Assembly (NCBI GenBank): GCA_900234795.1
Contig: LT962688.1
Location: 3,240,001 to 3,272,000, forward strand
Direction of reading: 5' to 3'
DNA: 32,000 bases
Source: Methylorubrum extorquens
Lineage (GTDB): Bacteria; Pseudomonadota; Alphaproteobacteria; Rhizobiales; Beijerinckiaceae
A program made the translations under genes and the position numbers. The first letter of the stretch is position 1. Each line of letters starts with the position of its first letter. Below are positions 8,260-17,609 of the stretch, in pieces. The notes beneath the pieces were generated by a model that saw nothing but the letters and a program-made list of their open reading frames with translations, was not told the DNA's origin and ran no database searches.

Positions 8260-9150
8260 TCAGTGGGAGCGAACCGGCCCGACCAGCCGGTCGAGGATGT
8301 CGTCGAGCGCCGGCTCCCAGGAGCGCGGCGCGAGGCCGTAGGCGTCGGTCAGGCTCTGGGTGGAGAGGCGCGAGTTCACAGGGCGCCGGGCCGGCGTCGG
8401 GTAGGCCGAACTCGGGATGCCCTCGATCGGCACCGAGCGCCCGCCGCGCCGGACCGACCCGGAGACGATCGCCCGGGCGAACTCGCACCACGTCGTCGCG
8501 CCGTCGTTGACGCAGTGGAAGGTGCCGGTGGGCGCAGCCTCGTCGCCGGCCAGCCGTAGGGCGATGGTGGCGAGCGCGCGCGCGAGGTCGGCGGCCGAGG
8601 TCGGGCAGCCGTGCTGGTCCTCGACAACGGTAAGCCGATCCCGCTCGTCCGCGAGCCGCAGCATCGTCTTGACGAAGTTGCCCCGGTGCGGGCTCACCAC
8701 CCAGGCAGTGCGCACGATGGCGTGGCGCGGATTGCCGGAGCGGACCGCCATCTCGCCGGCCGCCTTGCTGGCGCCGTAGACGCTCTGCGGGTTCACCGGC
8801 GCATCGGGGGCGTAGAAGCCTTCGCCCGACCCATCGAACACGTAGTCGGTCGAGACATGGACGAGCGGGATGGCCCGCCGCTTCGTCTCGGCCGCGAGGA
8901 TGGCCGGGGCCAGCGCGTTGAGGCGCCACGCGGCCGCGACCTCGCTCTCGGCCTTATCCACCGCAGTGTAGGCGGCCGTGTTGATCACCGCCGCATAGGT
9001 GCGCGCATCGAGCGCGGCGGCAATGGCGATCTCGTCGGTGATGTCGAGGTTCTGACGGTCGGGCGCGTGGACCCGCACGCCCTCGGGCCAGGGAAAGGCC
9101 TGAAGCTCCGTGCCGACCTGACCGGCGCCGCCGAGGATCAGGATGTCCAT
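8260..9150 (-). CDS. rfbD: dTDP-4-dehydrorhamnose reductase
   Basis: [16 protein letters not shown] is a Rossmann-type N-terminus, and [12 protein letters not shown] and YGASKAAGE are RmlD signatures. The ATG at 9150 lies 2 nt after the rfbB stop. Confidence 0.93.
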   Translation of the reverse strand: MDILILGGAGQVGTELQAFPWPEGVRVHAPDRQNLDITDEIAIAAALDARTYAAVINTAAYTAVDKAESEVAAAWRLNALAPAILAAETKRRAIPLVHVSTDYVFDGSGEGFYAPDAPVNPQSVYGASKAAGEMAVRSGNPRHAIVRTAWVVSPHRGNFVKTMLRLADERDRLTVVEDQHGCPTSAADLARALATIALRLAGDEAAPTGTFHCVNDGATTWCEFARAIVSGSVRRGGRSVPIEGIPSSAYPTPARRPVNSRLSTQSLTDAYGLAPRSWEPALDDILDRLVGPVRSH

Positions 9151-9152
9151 GT

Positions 9153-10211
9153 TCAGGCGCTCTTGGGCGCGAGGCCGAGGCGCTCGCCGGAATAGCGGCC
9201 CTCGCGGATCGGGCGCCACCACGCCTCGTTGTCGAGGTACCAGCGCACGGTTTCCGTCAGCGCCTCCTCGAACACCTTGGTCGGCCGCCAGCCGACCTCG
9301 GCTTCCGCCTTCGACGGGTCGATGGCGTAGCGGCGGTCATGGCCGGGCCGGTCGGCGACGAAGCTGATCAGGCGCTCGTGCGGGCCGTTCTCGGGCTTGA
9401 GTTGGTCGAAGGCGGCACAAAGCGCCTTCACCACGGCGAGGTTGTTCCGCACCGAGCGCCCGCCCAGCAGGTAGGTCTCGCCGAGCCGGCCGCGCTCCAG
9501 CACCGCGACGAGGCCGCGGGCATGGTCCTCGACATGGATCCAGTCGCGCTCGTTCAGGCCGTCGCCGTAGACTGGGAGCGGCTTGCCCTCCAGCGCCGCC
9601 AGGATCATCAGCGGGATCAGCTTCTCGGGGAAGTGGCGCGGGCCGTAATTGTTCGAGCAGTTCGTCACCAGAACCGGCAGGCCGTAGGTCTCGTGCCAGG
9701 CGCGGGCGAGATGGTCGGAGGCCGCTTTTGACGCCGAGTAGGGCGAGCGCGGATCGTAACGGCTCTCCTCAGTGAAGAAGGCGTCGGGCGGCAGCGAGCC
9801 GTAGACCTCGTCGGTCGAGACGTGGAGGAAGCGGAACGTCGCCTTGGCCTCGCGGTCGAGGCTTTCCCAATGGGTGCGGGCGCCGTCGAGCATGACCTGG
9901 GTGCCGATGACGTTGGTGCGCACGAAGGCACCCGGATCGGTGATCGAGCGATCGACATGGCTCTCGGCGGCCAGATGCATCACCGCCTCGGGCCTGAACT
10001 CGGCGTAGAGGGCGTGGACGCGGGCCGGATCGCAGATGTCGGCCTGTTCCAGGCGGTGGCGCGGGTCGTCCGCCAGCGGCTGCAGCGAGATCGGATTGGC
10101 GGCATAGGTCATGGCATCGAGGGTCAGCACCTCGTGGCCGAGATCCTGCACCAGATGCAGCACGAGCGCGGAGCCGATGAAGCCGCAGCCGCCCGTTACC
10201 AGAATGCGCAT
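9153..10211 (-). CDS. rfbB: dTDP-glucose 4,6-dehydratase
   Basis: MRILVTGGCGFIGSALV, HLAAESHVDRSI, FLHVSTDEVYG and YSASKAASDHL are the RmlB SDR signatures. The ATG is at 10211. Confidence 0.95.
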   Translation of the reverse strand: MRILVTGGCGFIGSALVLHLVQDLGHEVLTLDAMTYAANPISLQPLADDPRHRLEQADICDPARVHALYAEFRPEAVMHLAAESHVDRSITDPGAFVRTNVIGTQVMLDGARTHWESLDREAKATFRFLHVSTDEVYGSLPPDAFFTEESRYDPRSPYSASKAASDHLARAWHETYGLPVLVTNCSNNYGPRHFPEKLIPLMILAALEGKPLPVYGDGLNERDWIHVEDHARGLVAVLERGRLGETYLLGGRSVRNNLAVVKALCAAFDQLKPENGPHERLISFVADRPGHDRRYAIDPSKAEAEVGWRPTKVFEEALTETVRWYLDNEAWWRPIREGRYSGERLGLAPKSA

Positions 10212-10344
10212 CGATCTCAACTCCGTCCAATTCCTGCCAGCGGGGTCGGCATCCGCGGGATGGGCAAGGGCCACGCTCGGCCGCGCCTACGCCAACCTGA
10301 GGTCGGGCTCAATCCGCCCGACCGAACGATCTCGATACCTTGAC

Positions 10345-10896
10345 TCAGAACACCCGCCCGAGATCGGCCAGAAGCGGCGCCGCCTTGTCCTTGCCCGAGA
10401 GGATCGCATCCGCTTCGGCCACCGGCCATTCAATGCCGATCGCCGGATCGTTCCAGCGCAGGTTCCTGTCGTCGGCTGGGCTGTAATAGGCGTCCACCTT
10501 GTAGGCGACCATGGTGTCCGGCTCCAGGGTGCAGAAGCCATGGGCAAAGCCGGCGGGCACGAAGAGCTGTTCGCCGCCGGTCGCATCGAGCCGCACCGCG
10601 ACGTGGCGGCCGTAGGTCGGAGAGTCGGAGCGCAGGTCAACGGCGACATCGAGGATCGCGCCGGCGAGCACCCGGATCAGCTTGGCCTGGGCGTTGGGTG
10701 CGACTTGGAAGTGCAGGCCCCGGATCGTGCCGGCGGGCGCGGAGAAGGACTGGTTGTCCTGCACGAAGGCGTTGGCGATCCCGTGCTCGGACAGGATATC
10801 GGCCCGGTAGATCTCGGAGAACCAGCCGCGGTCGTCGCCGTGGCGCTTCGGGATCACCCGTTTGACCGCCGGAATCTCAGTATCGATGACCTGCAT
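10345..10896 (-). CDS. rfbC: dTDP-4-dehydrorhamnose 3,5-epimerase
   Basis: KRHGDDRGWFSEIY, GTIRGLHFQ and LFVPAGFAHGF are RmlC cupin motifs. This is the first gene of the minus-strand rfbCBDA operon. Confidence 0.95.
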   Translation of the reverse strand: MQVIDTEIPAVKRVIPKRHGDDRGWFSEIYRADILSEHGIANAFVQDNQSFSAPAGTIRGLHFQVAPNAQAKLIRVLAGAILDVAVDLRSDSPTYGRHVAVRLDATGGEQLFVPAGFAHGFCTLEPDTMVAYKVDAYYSPADDRNLRWNDPAIGIEWPVAEADAILSGKDKAAPLLADLGRVF

Positions 10897-11081
10897 CCGC
10901 CGCTCCTGACTTGTCCGTATCGGCTCGCCGTGGGCGTAGGCCGCGCGAAGGCGGCGAAGTCAAGGCCGCATCGTCATGCGGCCTCATATCCCGCGCCTTG
11001 CCCCGCTCCTTGCGTAACCGTGGCGGGCTGACTACCGCTCGCGCCGGCCGGCGGTCACTGTCGGCGAGGAGGGAAGCTCGA

Positions 11082-11525
11082 ATGACGACGCCGCGCGCCA
11101 ACCGTTCACGCCATCGCCCGAGGCACATCTTCGCCGCGGCGCTGCTGCTCGCCGTGTCCGGCACAGGCGCCTTCGCGCAAAAGGCCTCGGACCTCTCCGG
11201 CCTGTGGCAGACGGAGACGGCGGGCTCGACCGTGCGCATCGCCCGTTGCGGCGGCGGCTATTGCGGTGTGATCGCCGCGACCGCCGGCGCCGGCCTCGAC
11301 GCTCAGAACCCCGATCCGGCGCTGCGTTCGCGCAAGCTCGTCGGCGTGCAGATCATGCAGGCCGGCACCCCGAGCGGCAACGGCTTCGAGGGCAGCCTCT
11401 ACAATCCGAACGACGGCAAGACCTATTCGGGCAGCGTCACGCCGAAGGGACCCGACACCATCGAAGTGGCGGGCTGCGTGCTCAGCGTTCTGTGCAAGCG
11501 CCAGACCTGGCGGCGGATTCGGTAG
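11082..11525 (+). CDS. DUF2147 domain-containing secreted protein
   Basis: The ATG at 11082 is preceded by gaggagggaag. A signal peptide is present (HIFAAALLLAVSGTGAFAQ). GLWQTE...VRIARCGGGYCGVI, GSLYNPNDGKTYSG and VAGCVLSVLCKRQTWRR match the DUF2147 pattern. Confidence 0.8.
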   Translation: MTTPRANRSRHRPRHIFAAALLLAVSGTGAFAQKASDLSGLWQTETAGSTVRIARCGGGYCGVIAATAGAGLDAQNPDPALRSRKLVGVQIMQAGTPSGNGFEGSLYNPNDGKTYSGSVTPKGPDTIEVAGCVLSVLCKRQTWRRIR

Positions 11526-11547
11526 AGCGAACCCCCGCCTCTCCCGC

Positions 11548-12015
11548 TCAGTGATCCGCGCTTCCGGGCGCGGATTCCATCGCGCTGTCGATGAGCGCGG
11601 CCTTCTCGGCCGGCGGCTCGGCGCTCGCCATGGCCTTCGTCTCCAGAAGAGGCTGCAGGCGGGCGGCGAGCTGCTTGTCGAGGTGGCGGGCGTAGGCCCC
11701 CTTGAAGTAGCGGGCGCCGGTGCCGGGGCCGTAGATCCGGTCGTGGGCGACCGCCATGCGATCGACCTCAGGGCGACACAGGAAGCCGGTCACTCCGGCC
11801 GCCTCGTACCAGCGCCCGTCCCGCGCGAGCCGCATCGCCTTCGGGTTGGAGACCACGGTTTCGGCAAAGCACGCCGTTGCCGCTTCCTCGAGCGGCGCCA
11901 GCACCGCGTGCTCGGAGCCGGCCACGTGCTGCCGGGCCGGACGCGCCTCGGCCGCGGGGCCGAGCAGGACGAAGGCAAGACCGACGAACGGCAAGGCTCT
12001 CATCACGGCTCTCAT
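11548..12015 (-). CDS. Hypothetical secreted protein
   Basis: There is a signal-peptide-like N-terminus (MRALPFVGLAFVLLGPAAEA). The coding bias is GC3-rich. I recognise no family. Confidence 0.5.
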   Translation of the reverse strand: MRAVMRALPFVGLAFVLLGPAAEARPARQHVAGSEHAVLAPLEEAATACFAETVVSNPKAMRLARDGRWYEAAGVTGFLCRPEVDRMAVAHDRIYGPGTGARYFKGAYARHLDKQLAARLQPLLETKAMASAEPPAEKAALIDSAMESAPGSADH

Positions 12016-12189
12016 GGGGCGCCTCGAACGAGTATGGAACGCCGCCAGTGTTCGCCGAAGATCGCGCCGGATCTAGGGCGAAAACCGATCACCCGTGCCG
12101 CAGCGCGGAACAAATCCGAATCTGTCGCCGGGCCGCCACAGCACGATCCGTGCGAACCGCTTCGCGCCGACGCAGCCTGACAGGCGAAA

Positions 12190-12582
12190 TCAGCCGCGCC
12201 GCATCGCGTTCCAGCTGCCGTTGCAACTGATCGGGCCGTCGCCAAGGGTCGACCAGCGGCCGGCGCCGGTCCCGTTGGCGGACAACCGCCCAAACACTTG
12301 GGCGGCATCGCTGCCGCGGGAGATGGTGCCGCGGACCGTCCCATTTGCCGCGACGCGCCCGCTGATCCCGACCTCTCCGCCGCTGTAGACGGCCTCGCCG
12401 CGCTGGATCTGAATCCCGTAGCGATAAGCCCGGTCGCAGGGGCCGTCGAGGGTCACGACCTCGATGCTCCAGCGGCCGTCGTAGCGGTGCGGCACCTGAA
12501 CCTTGCGCTTGGCTGCCTCCGATGTCCCGGCGCTGCCGACGGCGATGGCGAAGGTGGCGACGGCAAGGATCGGAAGGCGCAT
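12190..12582 (-). CDS. Conserved-looking small secreted hypothetical protein
   Basis: A signal peptide is present (MRLPILAVATFAIAVGSAGTSEA). The body pattern YDGRWSIEVVTLDGPCDRAYRY...ISGRV..NGTVRG recalls small periplasmic proteins of Bradyrhizobiaceae. That is from memory only. Confidence 0.55.
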   Translation of the reverse strand: MRLPILAVATFAIAVGSAGTSEAAKRKVQVPHRYDGRWSIEVVTLDGPCDRAYRYGIQIQRGEAVYSGGEVGISGRVAANGTVRGTISRGSDAAQVFGRLSANGTGAGRWSTLGDGPISCNGSWNAMRRG

Positions 12583-12688
12583 GGGATGACATCCGGCTCA
12601 AGACATGGGGCCGTGTCGGCCCGTTTCAGCCGGAAGATCGTCTTGCGTCCCGCAGTGTCAAGGTTGCTCACGCGGCCTTGAGCGCCAG

Positions 12689-14506
12689 TCAGCCCGTCCC
12701 GCGCTCGGCCGCCTCCCGCAGGAGCGCCAACAGGTCGCAACCGGCGAACAGGAAGCCTCCGACGCCCGCTTGGCGCAGAGCCTCGGCCTCGGCGGGTTTG
12801 CCGGCGAGGTAGATGGTGCCGGCGCCGGCCGCCTTCAGCGCCTCGGCCGCGGGCACGGCCTCGGTCTGGTAGACGGTGTCGGACGAGCACAGGCAGGCGA
12901 TCCGCGCGCCCGACGCCTTGAAGGCATCGGCCAGGGCCTGCCTATCGGAGAAGCCGTCATTGCCGATGGCCTCGATGCCACCCGCGGCGAAGGCGTTGGC
13001 GGCGAAAGTCGAGCGGGCATTGTGGACCGCCACGGGACCGAGATTGGCCAGGAAGACCGCCGGGCGCTTGCCCGTCCGCTCGCGGACGGCGTCGGAGGCG
13101 TCGCGCAGGACCTCGTAGGGTTCGGCGAGGCGTTGCGACGGCAAGGCCCCCTCCGAGGAAGCGGCGGGGTTCGGCGCCACGTCGAGCACCGTCACCGGCT
13201 GCTCGGCGAGGAAGGGGAACTCGCTGGCGCCGGTCAGCGGCTCCTTGCGGGTCGCGACCGCCCGTGCCCGGGCCTGCGCCACCGCCGCGATCCGACCCGC
13301 GAAGGCGCCGGACTCCAGGCTCGCGGCGATCCCGCCCTCCCGCTCGATCTCCTGGAAGGCCGCCCAGGCCTTCTCGGTCAGTTCGGCGGTCAGCGCCTCG
13401 AAGCCGCCCGCGCCGGCCGCCGGATCGGAGACCTTGGCGAGGTTCGATTCCTCGATCAAAACGATCTGGCTGTTGCGCACCACCCTCCGGGCAAAGGGGT
13501 CGGGCAGACCAAGCGCCAGGGTGTAGGGCAGCGCGGTCACCGAATCCGCCCCGCCAAGGCCGGCGGAGGCCGAGGCCATGGTGGTGCGCAGGATGTTCAC
13601 GAAAGGATCGCGGCGGCTCATCATCCGCCACGCAGTCTCGGCCAGGACCCGCAGCGGCTTCGGCTCGAGGCCGCAGGCCTGCTCGACCCGAGCCCAGAGC
13701 CGCCGGATCGCGCGGAACTTGGCGATGGTCAGGAATTCGTCGGCATCCGCCACCAGCAGGACCGCGATCTGGTCGCGCGCGAGCGCGAGATCGTGGCCGC
13801 CGGCCTCCAGCGCCCGCAGATAGGCGACCGCCGTCGCGAGCACGGCAGCCAGTTCCTGCACCTCGCTCGCCCCCGCCTCGTGATAGGGCCGGGCATCGGC
13901 CAAGGCCGCGCGCCCATGGTATCCGGCGAAGGCGGTGACGGTCTCGGAGAGGCGTGCCTCCCACCCCTGGTCGAGCCGGCCGGTGGCGGCGCGGGTGCCG
14001 ATCGGGTCGAGACCGAGATCGAGGTCGAGCGCGGACGGGTCGTCGCCGCGACGATCGATCAGTTGCTTGAGAAGCGCCGCCGTCTCGAATCCGGCCGGGC
14101 CGGCATCGAGCCGCAGGGCGATGAGCGGCAGCATCACGCCCGTCAGCGCCGCATCCAGCGCATCGACGGACGGAAGTTCGAGGCCGAAGCCGCGGGCGGC
14201 ACGGGCGTCGCGATGGACGAGGACCAGCGCATCGGCACCGCCTTCGAGGTCGGCCAGCGCCTGTGCTCCGGCCTTCTCGGCATCGGGATGGTCGATGCGC
14301 TGCGCCAGACGCCACGGGCCGGGCGCCCGCACCGGCTGGGCCACCGCAGCGGCCGGCTCGTAGAAGGGCTCGATGCGCAGGCCGTCGGCGGTCTTCGACA
14401 CGAGACGCTTCTCGAAGTCCGCCCCCTTCAGCGCGGCTTCGACGGCTTGGCGCCAGCGCTCGCGGGTGGCGGGCTCGAACAACTCGGCGAGCGGACGATC
14501 TTCCAT
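12689..14506 (-). CDS. mcmB: Methylmalonyl-CoA mutase small (beta) subunit
   Basis: The N-terminus MEDRPLAELFEPATRERWRQAVEAALKGADFEKRLVSKTADGLRIEPFY is typical of the MCM small subunit. The TIM-barrel-like core lacks the catalytic-subunit motifs. The C-terminal flavodoxin-like domain (RPAVFLANLGP...ACLCSSD) lacks the DxHxxG cobalamin ligand motif. The ATG at 14506 is preferred over the upstream start in the track. Confidence 0.85.
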   Translation of the reverse strand: MEDRPLAELFEPATRERWRQAVEAALKGADFEKRLVSKTADGLRIEPFYEPAAAVAQPVRAPGPWRLAQRIDHPDAEKAGAQALADLEGGADALVLVHRDARAARGFGLELPSVDALDAALTGVMLPLIALRLDAGPAGFETAALLKQLIDRRGDDPSALDLDLGLDPIGTRAATGRLDQGWEARLSETVTAFAGYHGRAALADARPYHEAGASEVQELAAVLATAVAYLRALEAGGHDLALARDQIAVLLVADADEFLTIAKFRAIRRLWARVEQACGLEPKPLRVLAETAWRMMSRRDPFVNILRTTMASASAGLGGADSVTALPYTLALGLPDPFARRVVRNSQIVLIEESNLAKVSDPAAGAGGFEALTAELTEKAWAAFQEIEREGGIAASLESGAFAGRIAAVAQARARAVATRKEPLTGASEFPFLAEQPVTVLDVAPNPAASSEGALPSQRLAEPYEVLRDASDAVRERTGKRPAVFLANLGPVAVHNARSTFAANAFAAGGIEAIGNDGFSDRQALADAFKASGARIACLCSSDTVYQTEAVPAAEALKAAGAGTIYLAGKPAEAEALRQAGVGGFLFAGCDLLALLREAAERGTG

Positions 14507-14654
14507 CTTGGGCGAGACCTTGACGATTCGGCGTTTCCCGACCGCTTCTTCAAAGAGCGGCGACTTGGCCGCAAGCCCTCGCACGGGGCGCGGGCAGGCG
14601 ACAACCGACTTTAGTCCAGGTTGCCGCCTCCGCCTCGCTCAAAATCCTGAAGGC

Positions 14655-15506
14655 TCAGCTAAAAAGAATCAGTCCCGCGAAGCCGAGCGAGCCGACGATG
14701 ATGCGCCACCACGCGAACAGCCAGAAGCCGTGGCGGGAGACGTAGTCGAGCACCGTGCGCACCACGATCAAGGCCGAGATGAAGGCGGCGACGAAGCCGA
14801 TGACGATCAGCAGCGCGTCGTTGGAGGAGAGGTTCTTGTAGTTGTCGAGCAGGTCCTTGGCGAAGGCGCCGGCCATGGTCGGCATGGCGAGGTAGAACGA
14901 GAACTCGGTGGCCGAGCGCTTGCTCGCCCCCATCAGCATTGCGCCGACGATGGTGGCGCCGGAGCGCGACACGCCGGGGATCATCGCCACGCATTGGAAC
15001 AGGCCGATCTTGAGCGCCATCGGCAGGCTGAACTCGAACACGTCGGTCTTGCGGGGATGCTCGGTCGGACCGTCGTGCGTTCCATCATTCGGAGCCGCCT
15101 TCGGCTCGCCGACCGTGTCGTCGATGATGAGGAGCACGATGCCGCCGGCCACCAGCGTGGCGCAGACGATCCACGGGTTGAACAGATAGAGCTTGATGTA
15201 CTTGGAGAAGAGCCCGCCGACGATCGCCGCGGGCAGGAAGGCGATGAGGATCGCGAGCACGAAGCGGCGCGCCCGCGGATCGTTCGGCAGCGCGGTGGCG
15301 ATGCTCCACAGCCGGCCGAAATAGACGAACAGGATCGCCAGGATCGCGCCCAATTGGATCAGCACCTCGAAGGTGTTGTTGGGCGAGTGGAAGCCGATGA
15401 AGTGGCCGATGAGGAGCTGATGCCCGGTCGAGGAGACCGGGATGAACTCGGTGGCGCCTTCCACCACGGCGAGCACGAGCGCCTTCGCGATCAGGACGAG
15501 ATCCAT
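14655..15506 (-). CDS. uppP: Undecaprenyl-diphosphate phosphatase
   Basis: [19 protein letters not shown] and [18 protein letters not shown] are the two BacA/UppP signature motifs. The ATG is at 15506. Confidence 0.93.
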   Translation of the reverse strand: MDLVLIAKALVLAVVEGATEFIPVSSTGHQLLIGHFIGFHSPNNTFEVLIQLGAILAILFVYFGRLWSIATALPNDPRARRFVLAILIAFLPAAIVGGLFSKYIKLYLFNPWIVCATLVAGGIVLLIIDDTVGEPKAAPNDGTHDGPTEHPRKTDVFEFSLPMALKIGLFQCVAMIPGVSRSGATIVGAMLMGASKRSATEFSFYLAMPTMAGAFAKDLLDNYKNLSSNDALLIVIGFVAAFISALIVVRTVLDYVSRHGFWLFAWWRIIVGSLGFAGLILFS

Positions 15507-15733
15507 AAGCCTGCCATTCCCCACGCCGATGTGCCGGCGATTCAGGGCGCGGCAGACGACGGCGATGCGGCAGCTTTGCGGCGGTAGGGTTGACGGGCGG
15601 TTACCGGGTTGCGGCGGGTTTGTTAATGAGGTGGCAACGTTGGAGAAATAATCCTGGCGCGTCGCCCCAATTTCGCCGGTGCGACACGGTCTGCCCAGGG
15701 CTCTGCCTTCTTTACCGCTGAACCACGGCCTCG

Positions 15734-16427
15734 ATGGCGACGCTCTATCACTCCCCGTTCTGCCCGAACTCGCGCTTCATCCGCCTCGTCCTGGCCGAGA
15801 TGGGGATGGAGCCGACTCTCGTCGAGGAACGGGCCTGGGAGCGCCGCCGCGACTTCCTCATCGTCAACCCGGCGGGCACCACGCCGGTGCTGGTGGAGCA
15901 GACCGGGCTCGCCATTCCCGGCGCGGGCGTGATCGCGGAATATCTCGACGAAACGCGGGGGGCTCGGCCTCGCCGGACGGCGGCTTCTGCCCGACACCAC
16001 CCAGGCGCGGGTGGAGGTGCGGCGCCTGCTCGACTGGTTCCTCGTCAAGTTCAACAGCGAGGTGACCGAGTATCTCGTCACCGAGAAGATCGATAAGCGC
16101 TTCATGCCCTCCGCCGCCGGAGGCGGCCCGCCGGACATGAACGCCATTCGTGCGGCGCGCACCAACGTGCGCTATCACCTCCAATATGTCGGCTACCTGA
16201 TCGGGCAGCGCCGCTGGCTCGCGGGCAACGACCTGACCTATGCCGACCTCGCGGCGGCGGCCCACCTTTCCTGCGTGGACTATCTCGGCGACGTGCCATG
16301 GGACGAGGACGAGATGGCGAAGGACTGGTACGCGCGGGTGAAATCCCGCCCGTCCTTCCGCGCGCTGCTGGCCGACCGGGCACCGGGGATGCCGGCGGCC
16401 GCTCACTACGCGGATCTGGATTTCTGA
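15734..16427 (+). pseudogene. Glutathione S-transferase family protein, interrupted by a +1 frame change in a G6 run (possible sequencing artefact)
   Basis: The N-terminal thioredoxin-like half ([24 protein letters not shown]...TPVLVE...AEYLDETRG) is in frame 2. The C-terminal helical half (LGLAGRRLLPDTTQARVEVRRLLDWF...DLTYADLAAAAHLS) is in frame 0. The switch falls at gggggg, 15957-15962. Confidence 0.8.
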
Positions 16428-17557
16428 AACCCGAAAAGGCCGTCCTCACGGGTCGCGCCCTGCGCGAGACCATTGAGGCGCGCGCGCGCCGGCTCGGCTT
16501 CGAGGCGTTCCGCGTCACCCGTCCCGACGCCGTACCGGACCTGCGCGAGCGCTTGCCGGCATGGCTCGCCGCGGGCCATCACGGCACGATGGACTGGATG
16601 GAGGAGCGGGCCGACCAGCGCGCCGCGCCCTCCGCCCTGTGGGCCGAGACGCGCAGCATCGTCATGCTCGGCATGAATGCGGGCCCTGAGCGCGATCCCC
16701 TCGAACTCATCCAGCTGAAGGATCGCGCCGCCATCGCCGCCTATGCGCAACGGCGCGACTATCACGATGTCATCAAGGGCAAGCTGAAGGAACTCGGCGG
16801 CTTCCTCTCCGCCCGCTCCGGCCAGCCGGTGAAGGTCTTCGTCGATACCGCGCCCGTCATGGAGAAGCCGCTGGCCCAGGCCGCCGGGCTCGGCTGGCAG
16901 GGCAAGCACACGGTGCTGATCTCGCGCGAGCACGGCAACTGGCTGATGCTCGGCGCGATCTTTTCCCGCGCCGAGCTCGAACCCGACACCCCCGAGACCG
17001 ACCATTGCGGCTCCTGCCGCCGCTGCCTCGACATCTGCCCGACGGACGCCTTCCCGGCCCCTTACCAACTCGATGCGCGCCGCTGCATCGCCTACCTCAC
17101 CATCGAGCATCAGGGCCCGATCCCCGCCGAATTCCGCGAAAAGATCGGCAACCGGGTGTTCGGCTGCGACGACTGCCTCGCGGTCTGTCCCTGGAACAAG
17201 TTCGCGGGTGCGGCGCGGGAGAGCCGCATGGCCGCCCGCGACGATCTCGCCGCGCCGCCGCTCGCCGAACTCGCTCGCCTCGACGATGCGGGATTTCGCA
17301 CCCGCTTTGCCGGCACGCCGATCAAGCGCACCGGCCGCGACCGCTTCCTGCGCAACGTGCTGATTGCCATCGGCAATTCCGGTGATGCCGCCCTCGCCGC
17401 GGAGGCGGTGGCCTGTCTCGCCGAGCCCGATCCGGTGGTGCGCGGTGCCGCCGTCTGGGCCTGCGGCCGGTTGCTGCCCCAAGAGCGGCTGCACGAACTC
17501 TTCGATGCCCATGGACACGGGGGAAACGGAGGCGCATGTGAGGGAGGAATGGCGTGA
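16298..17557 (+). CDS. queG: tRNA epoxyqueuosine(34) reductase
   Basis: Two 4Fe-4S ferredoxin motifs are present (CGSCRRCLDICPTDAF and FGCDDCLAVCPWNKF). There is a C-terminal HEAT-like segment (DPVVRGAAVWACGRL) and GLGWQGKHTVLIS. The start is uncertain. The only ATG (16298) overlaps the GST gene by 130 nt. The conserved part begins near 16424, where only a CTG is available. Confidence 0.85.
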   Translation: MGRGRDGEGLVRAGEIPPVLPRAAGRPGTGDAGGRSLRGSGFLKPEKAVLTGRALRETIEARARRLGFEAFRVTRPDAVPDLRERLPAWLAAGHHGTMDWMEERADQRAAPSALWAETRSIVMLGMNAGPERDPLELIQLKDRAAIAAYAQRRDYHDVIKGKLKELGGFLSARSGQPVKVFVDTAPVMEKPLAQAAGLGWQGKHTVLISREHGNWLMLGAIFSRAELEPDTPETDHCGSCRRCLDICPTDAFPAPYQLDARRCIAYLTIEHQGPIPAEFREKIGNRVFGCDDCLAVCPWNKFAGAARESRMAARDDLAAPPLAELARLDDAGFRTRFAGTPIKRTGRDRFLRNVLIAIGNSGDAALAAEAVACLAEPDPVVRGAAVWACGRLLPQERLHELFDAHGHGGNGGACEGGMA

Positions 17558-17609
17558 GGCCGCCGCCCTCCCTATGGAAGCGGACGGCCTACGGGAGACC
17601 TGACACCGC

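Noticed and set aside
10964-10983. A small hairpin, ggccgcat-cgtc-atgcggcc, in the rfbC/DUF2147 divergent region.
   Set aside because: The stem is short and lies in a GC-rich promoter region. It has no U-tract and no positional logic as a terminator, so it is likely chance or a minor structural feature.
12605-14614. A 669-aa plus-strand ORF antisense to the methylmalonyl-CoA mutase small subunit. Similar long antisense or out-of-frame ORFs occur elsewhere: 2044-3495(-), 3455-4774(-), 7245-8510(+), 16406-17851(-), 19311-20384(+), 23460-24158(+), 26981-28486(+), 28549-29538(-).
   Set aside because: In DNA this GC-rich, stop codons are rare in all frames. The products are Arg/Gly/Pro/Ala-rich low-complexity strings with no family signatures. 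In each case the opposite or alternative frame carries unmistakable conserved motifs.
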